A stretch of DNA of 64,000 nt from Asterias rubens. Its lineage: Eukaryota. The translations under genes and the position numbers were made by a program. The notes beneath the pieces were generated by a model. It saw only the letters and a list, made by a program, of their open reading frames with translations, searched no databases and was not told where the DNA came from. Shown piece by piece: positions 59,701 to 64,000 of this stretch. The first letter of the stretch is position 1; the number at the start of each line of letters is the position of its first letter. The DNA lies in the NCBI RefSeq assembly GCF_902459465.1, contig NC_047062.1, positions 248,001 to 312,000 of the forward strand. The letters are read 5' to 3'.

Positions 59701-60779
59701 ATAAAAGTTTGTTTTCGTCATATTATTCATCAAACTATAAGCCTTTACACAATTAAAATCTTCACAACAAAATGTATAATGGAAGGTACCAGACAGCACG
59801 TAACGGAGCCGAGTTGAAAAGTGACAATACCAAAGTGCAACCATCAGCCGTTGTCAAAAGGATAAAAAGGTTGTTGTCGCCACAACCAACCCCTTATATT
59901 CAACGAACCATGTGAATCTATTCACAAAACCTTGTAAAGAATATCCATGCATAGATTTGTCAGGTGCATAACATTATGTGCCACTATTGTACAGATGACG
60001 TGTTCAAACATGTCTAACCATCAATTGATTTATGTTGACTTCTTGGTTTCTGTAAGTCAACTTGTCGATATAAATTATATCAGTAAGTTGACTTATTACT
60101 CTCAGTAAGTCGACTTGGTGAGGTAAATTATGTCAGCAAGTTGACTTATTGTTTTATCTAAGTCGACTTGGCGAGATAAATTATGTCAGTAAGTCGACTT
60201 AGTACTCTCAGTAAGTCGACTAATTATGTTATCTAAGTCGACTTGAAGATACATATTTTGTCAGAAAGTCGACTTAATATTCTCAGTAATTCAACTTGGC
60301 GAAATAAGTTATGTCAGCAAGTTGACTTATTGTTTTATCTAAGTCGACTTGGTGAGATAAATTATGTCAGTAAGTCGACTTATTACATTCAGTAAGTCGA
60401 CTTGTTGAAAAAAATTATGTCAGCAAGTTGACTTATTGTTTTATCTAAGTCGACTTGGCGAGATAAATTATGTCAGTAAGTCGAGTTAGTACCCTCAGTA
60501 AGTCGACTTGGCGAGATAATTTATGTCAGTAAGTCGACTTAGTACTCTCAGTAAGTCGACTTGGCGAGACAAATTATGTCAGCAAGTCGACTTTTTGTTT
60601 TATCTAAGTCGACTTGGTGAGATAAACTATGTTGCTTAGTCGACTAATTGTTTTGAATAAGTCGACTAAGCTAGATAAAATATGTCGGTAAGTTAACTTA
60701 TACCACGAAATAAGTCGTCTTGATGAGATAAATTATGTCGGTATCTCAATATGTGGGATGGCACTCCTGGAGCTCCGTA
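56792..60779. mobile_element. Nested foldback transposon pair forming a ~4-kb quasi-palindrome, with internal AAGTCGACTT arrays
   Basis: The terminus TACGGAGCTCC(A/T)GAGTGCCATCCCAC occurs at 56792 and 58486, and inverted at 60779. 56792-58485 is the near-identical reverse complement of about 59140-60779. Confidence 0.9.
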
Positions 60780-60829
60780 ATGAAGTGAAATCCATGTCGA
60801 GGTTTATCTTCGAACCTATGTGTTCTGTG

Positions 60830-61075
60830 CAGCTGAGTGTGGGTTCGAATCCCGGTCGTGATACTAACTTGTGTCCCTGAGCAAGACACTTTACTATAAT
60901 TGCTTCTATCCACCCAGGGGAAAATGGGTATCTGTAAGAGCAGACATGGTTCTTGTGGACAGGCTGTATCTATATTCCCCAGGGAGCTGAGATGGTTTAA
61001 GATGGCACAGTTAACAGGGTAATGCGCTTTAATGATGAGACATGGTGTTTAAAGCGTGATATGAAAACCGCGTAA
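60830..61075 (+). mobile_element. tRNA-derived SINE, degenerate
   Basis: B box GGGTTCGAATCCCGG, then CTTGTGTCCCTGAGCAAGACACTT and the TCCACCCAGG..AAATGGGTA core. Confidence 0.62.
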
Positions 61076-61784
61076 ACATTATTATTGGTTAGTATTATTA
61101 CTAATATTCTTGAAAATAAAGTTATCAAGAAAATGAAATAGTTTTGAAACTTGTTTTTCCTGCGTCTATCGCTGTTTGGATAGTAGGATTTTTTTTACCA
61201 AATAAAGTGTTGTACATTACACTTTTGTGTTCCAAAGAGTCCTGTGCCCAAAACAAAACACCCAAATCAAACAATCGGCAGAAAGAGATCACGGAGGAAG
61301 AATTTGGTTTTGCGATTGACCCTCCACCCACATCTAGCAATCGGAAGGTCCATGAGATAACAACCAATCAAGCATTACATTACTCGGTGAATTCGGTGTG
61401 TGTTTTTGCTATCTGGCACCCTACTCGAACCACGACAAAGTACATCAGCGCCGGAGTCACCCGGCTAAAATGGCACACTGAGGGAAAGAAAACACACCCG
61501 TCACCACATTTACCACCACTGCAATCGGAATTTTCGTGAGAAACAACCAATCAAGTGTGTGTACCCTCCTCAACATGGCGGTCAGACACTCAACACGGGA
61601 GTCACCCGACCACCAAGCAAGAGGGCACGGGTCAGAAAGGAAAGGACAAGAAGAGAACCAAGCAAGAGAAACCTGTGCAAAACAGCCATCAATCCGGAAC
61701 ACATTTCATGTCATTATTCGGGAGCACTCCGCCAGCCAAAGTCCGACCAGATTTTGAAGGGATCACTCCGCCTCCGACCAACGA

Positions 61785-62265
61785 AACCGGTGTCAGATGC
61801 AATTGTGTCCGCCATTCAATACTGTCCGCTCCGGACACTTTTGCATATGCAATCATGTCCGGGGTTATGCAAAAACTGTCCGGTGGACATGTACATGACT
61901 GTATGTGCGCGCGTAAGCAAGCGTGCATGCACTGAACCTACGTATAATTATGATTCACGTATTTTATGATTGCAGCGAGTACCCAAACGGCCGAACATTT
62001 CCCATGTCATTCATGACATGCACTTTAGCTTGTAAAAAAAATGGCAAACGTGTTCCGTTGACCAAGGGCGTTTAATTTACTGCAAGGACGGTTTTGCACG
62101 GGGCGGACACAACTGCATATGCAAATGTGTCCGGGCGGAGACAACTGCATTATGCAGCGTCCGGGCGGACACGATTGCATATGCAAAACCGTCCGGCGAA
62201 AATTATTGCATATGCAAAAGTGTCCGGAGCGGATAGTATTGCATAGAGGACACCGGCACACCCGG
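61785..62265. mobile_element. GC-rich inverted-repeat element with repeated TCCGG and TGCATATGCA motifs
   Basis: ATACTGTCCGCTCCGGACACTTTTGCATATGCAAT (61819-61853) is the reverse complement, with one mismatch, of 62205-62239. Confidence 0.7.
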
Positions 62266-62719
62266 GAAATCTGTCCGCCGGGAGCATTTGTTTCTCTATC
62301 AACAACGCCACACTTGCCGTAAGCCCATCCCTTTAAATGACTTGGGCTCTAAAATCCATAATGCATCCAAAAACAGAGTTAGTTCATCTTGCTCCATCAT
62401 CATGATTCAACCAAGGAGTATGAACTTGTGTTGTCACCCAAGCTCACTTCCTCCCATTCGTAAAATACTTGCTCTCTCTCTATAGTCTTTTTAACCATTC
62501 AGATCGACTTGAACGTGCTGTCCTTACTCCCGGAGGTAGAGGTAGGTCCTATATCCTACATCAGCAGCAGAGACGCCCAGCTATCAAGTGATCTCATCAT
62601 TGTCCGGGCAGAAGTCCCTTCCTGATACCTATCCCCCCCCCTTTACCATAGGGATCATCAGGTGTTCCAACGCTTCAATCAGGGAATATAACTCCTTCAC
62701 AAGCCAATCGATCAGGTAC

Positions 62720-63075
62720 TTAAAGCCAGTGGACACTATTGGTAATTGTCAAAGACTAGCCTTCACAGTTGGTGTATCTCAACATATGCATAAAATAACA
62801 AAACTGTGAAAATTTGAGCTCAATCGGTCATCGAACTTGCGAGATAATAATGAAAGAAAAAACACCCTTGTCACACGAGGTTCTGTGCGTTTATTAGATG
62901 GTTGGTTCTAAACTTGAGGTCTCGAAAGCAAGTTCGTGGAAAATTACTTCTTTCTCGAAAACTATGGCACTTCAGAGGGAGCCGTTTCTCACAATGTTTG
63001 ATACCATCAACCTCTCCCCATTACTCGTCACCAAGAAAGGTTTTATGCTAATAATTAATTTGAGTAATATACAAA
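62720..63075. mobile_element. Family A TTAA-target MITE, right end truncated
   Basis: TTAAAGCCAGTGGACACTATTGGTAATTGTCAAAGAC..., with the body shared with 19000-19480 and 49917-50236. Confidence 0.8.
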
Positions 63076-64000
63076 TACGCTCCGGGGATCACCGGGTAAC
63101 CATTGCACGAGTAAAAGCAGTCAATATTTGTTTTTTACTATATCTCATACATATTCATGACAGAGAGTTGAGTTCTCATTGGTCCATTCATCATCACGTG
63201 CCAGGTGTTAATTTTGCTAACTACCAAGCGCGCACTCGAGTATTCACGAAAGTGGTAAATGCGCATGACAAGTAATAGTTCCCGGGAGCTATTCTACTTG
63301 TCATGCGCACTACCATTGCGCGACGTCATCCCCGGGCGCTATTGATCGTGGCACCGTTTTGTATAGTCTGGTTCCCAGACCCAAAAATCTCCGACTAGGC
63401 TCTGTCGAATTTAGGGTCCGGTATCACCCAAAATCACGTGACCAAAAAGGAGGAATTCCTCCTCTTTCGAAGTTATCCGAAATGTTCCGAACGTGTTGTC
63501 GTCAACATTCGGACAGTATCGTTCATGTTCGGTACGGACTCGTAATGTCAGTCCTGTCGGCCGTAGATCCAGGAGTTTTTATGCCAGTTATTGCCAATGC
63601 AGGCGTTGTGCCTAAATAAAGCGTTTGCAAAGCGATGCGACAAGTTCAAAATATATAAACCTGGGAAATCGCTCCGAGATCTGGTAAGTTTTTGTCCTTT
63701 TTCTTCAAAAATATTTTTTCAAAGGTGTTTTGACTTGAGTGTTCATTAGACATTGATTGAGGATTAAGTTTCATGATTTTTAAAAGTGGTAAAAGTGGGG
63801 GAAAATCTGGTGACTAGCTGTCGAAATTATACGTGTTGAACCAGATTGTCATTAATTGACGATCAAAATAATCTCGAAACCCTCCGGCCTGGCGGCCGTT
63901 GGGAGGAGGGTTACGTTATCGCAACTGTAGTACGTGTAGACATGGTTTCCCTGGAGATGACCCCCGACCCTGACAAGTTGCGTCATGCTCTATTTTTAAC

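Noticed and set aside
61125-62322. Cluster of overlapping 67-136-aa ORFs
   Set aside because: There is no recognisable domain or splice structure, and they partly derive from a GC-rich inverted-repeat element.

Overview
This is eukaryotic (invertebrate animal) genomic DNA, AT-rich and rich in introns and transposons. A marine deuterostome such as an asteroid echinoderm is plausible, but I cannot prove that from the sequence alone. There are three + strand protein-coding genes. (1) The last three coding exons of a neurexin (3072-10234, C-terminus KEWYV). (2) An apparently complete soluble adenylyl cyclase, ADCY10/sAC: about 34 exons traced by hand with consistent splice phases, 17047-46642, about 1786 aa. 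The first exon and one donor are inferred. (3) A two-exon TLC-domain gene, TLCD5/TMEM136-like (53426-56003, 265 aa). The rest is minisatellites (60, 62, 59, 31 and 35 bp units), MITEs with identifiable TSDs, relics of REL-type, L2-like, RTE, DIRS-order and Penelope retroelements, tRNA-derived sequence, a 769-N assembly gap and a ~4 kb foldback palindrome. There is no CRISPR array or prokaryotic system. The most interesting observations are: a 15-copy tandem array that amplifies an ADCY10 5' splice site exactly at the catalytic/regulatory boundary, so alternative donor use would give an sACt-like truncated cyclase; an intact minimal hammerhead ribozyme in a Penelope-like element; a Penelope/L2 chimeric insertion; and the nested foldback palindrome. 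All exon calls and alignments were made by eye, without database searches.
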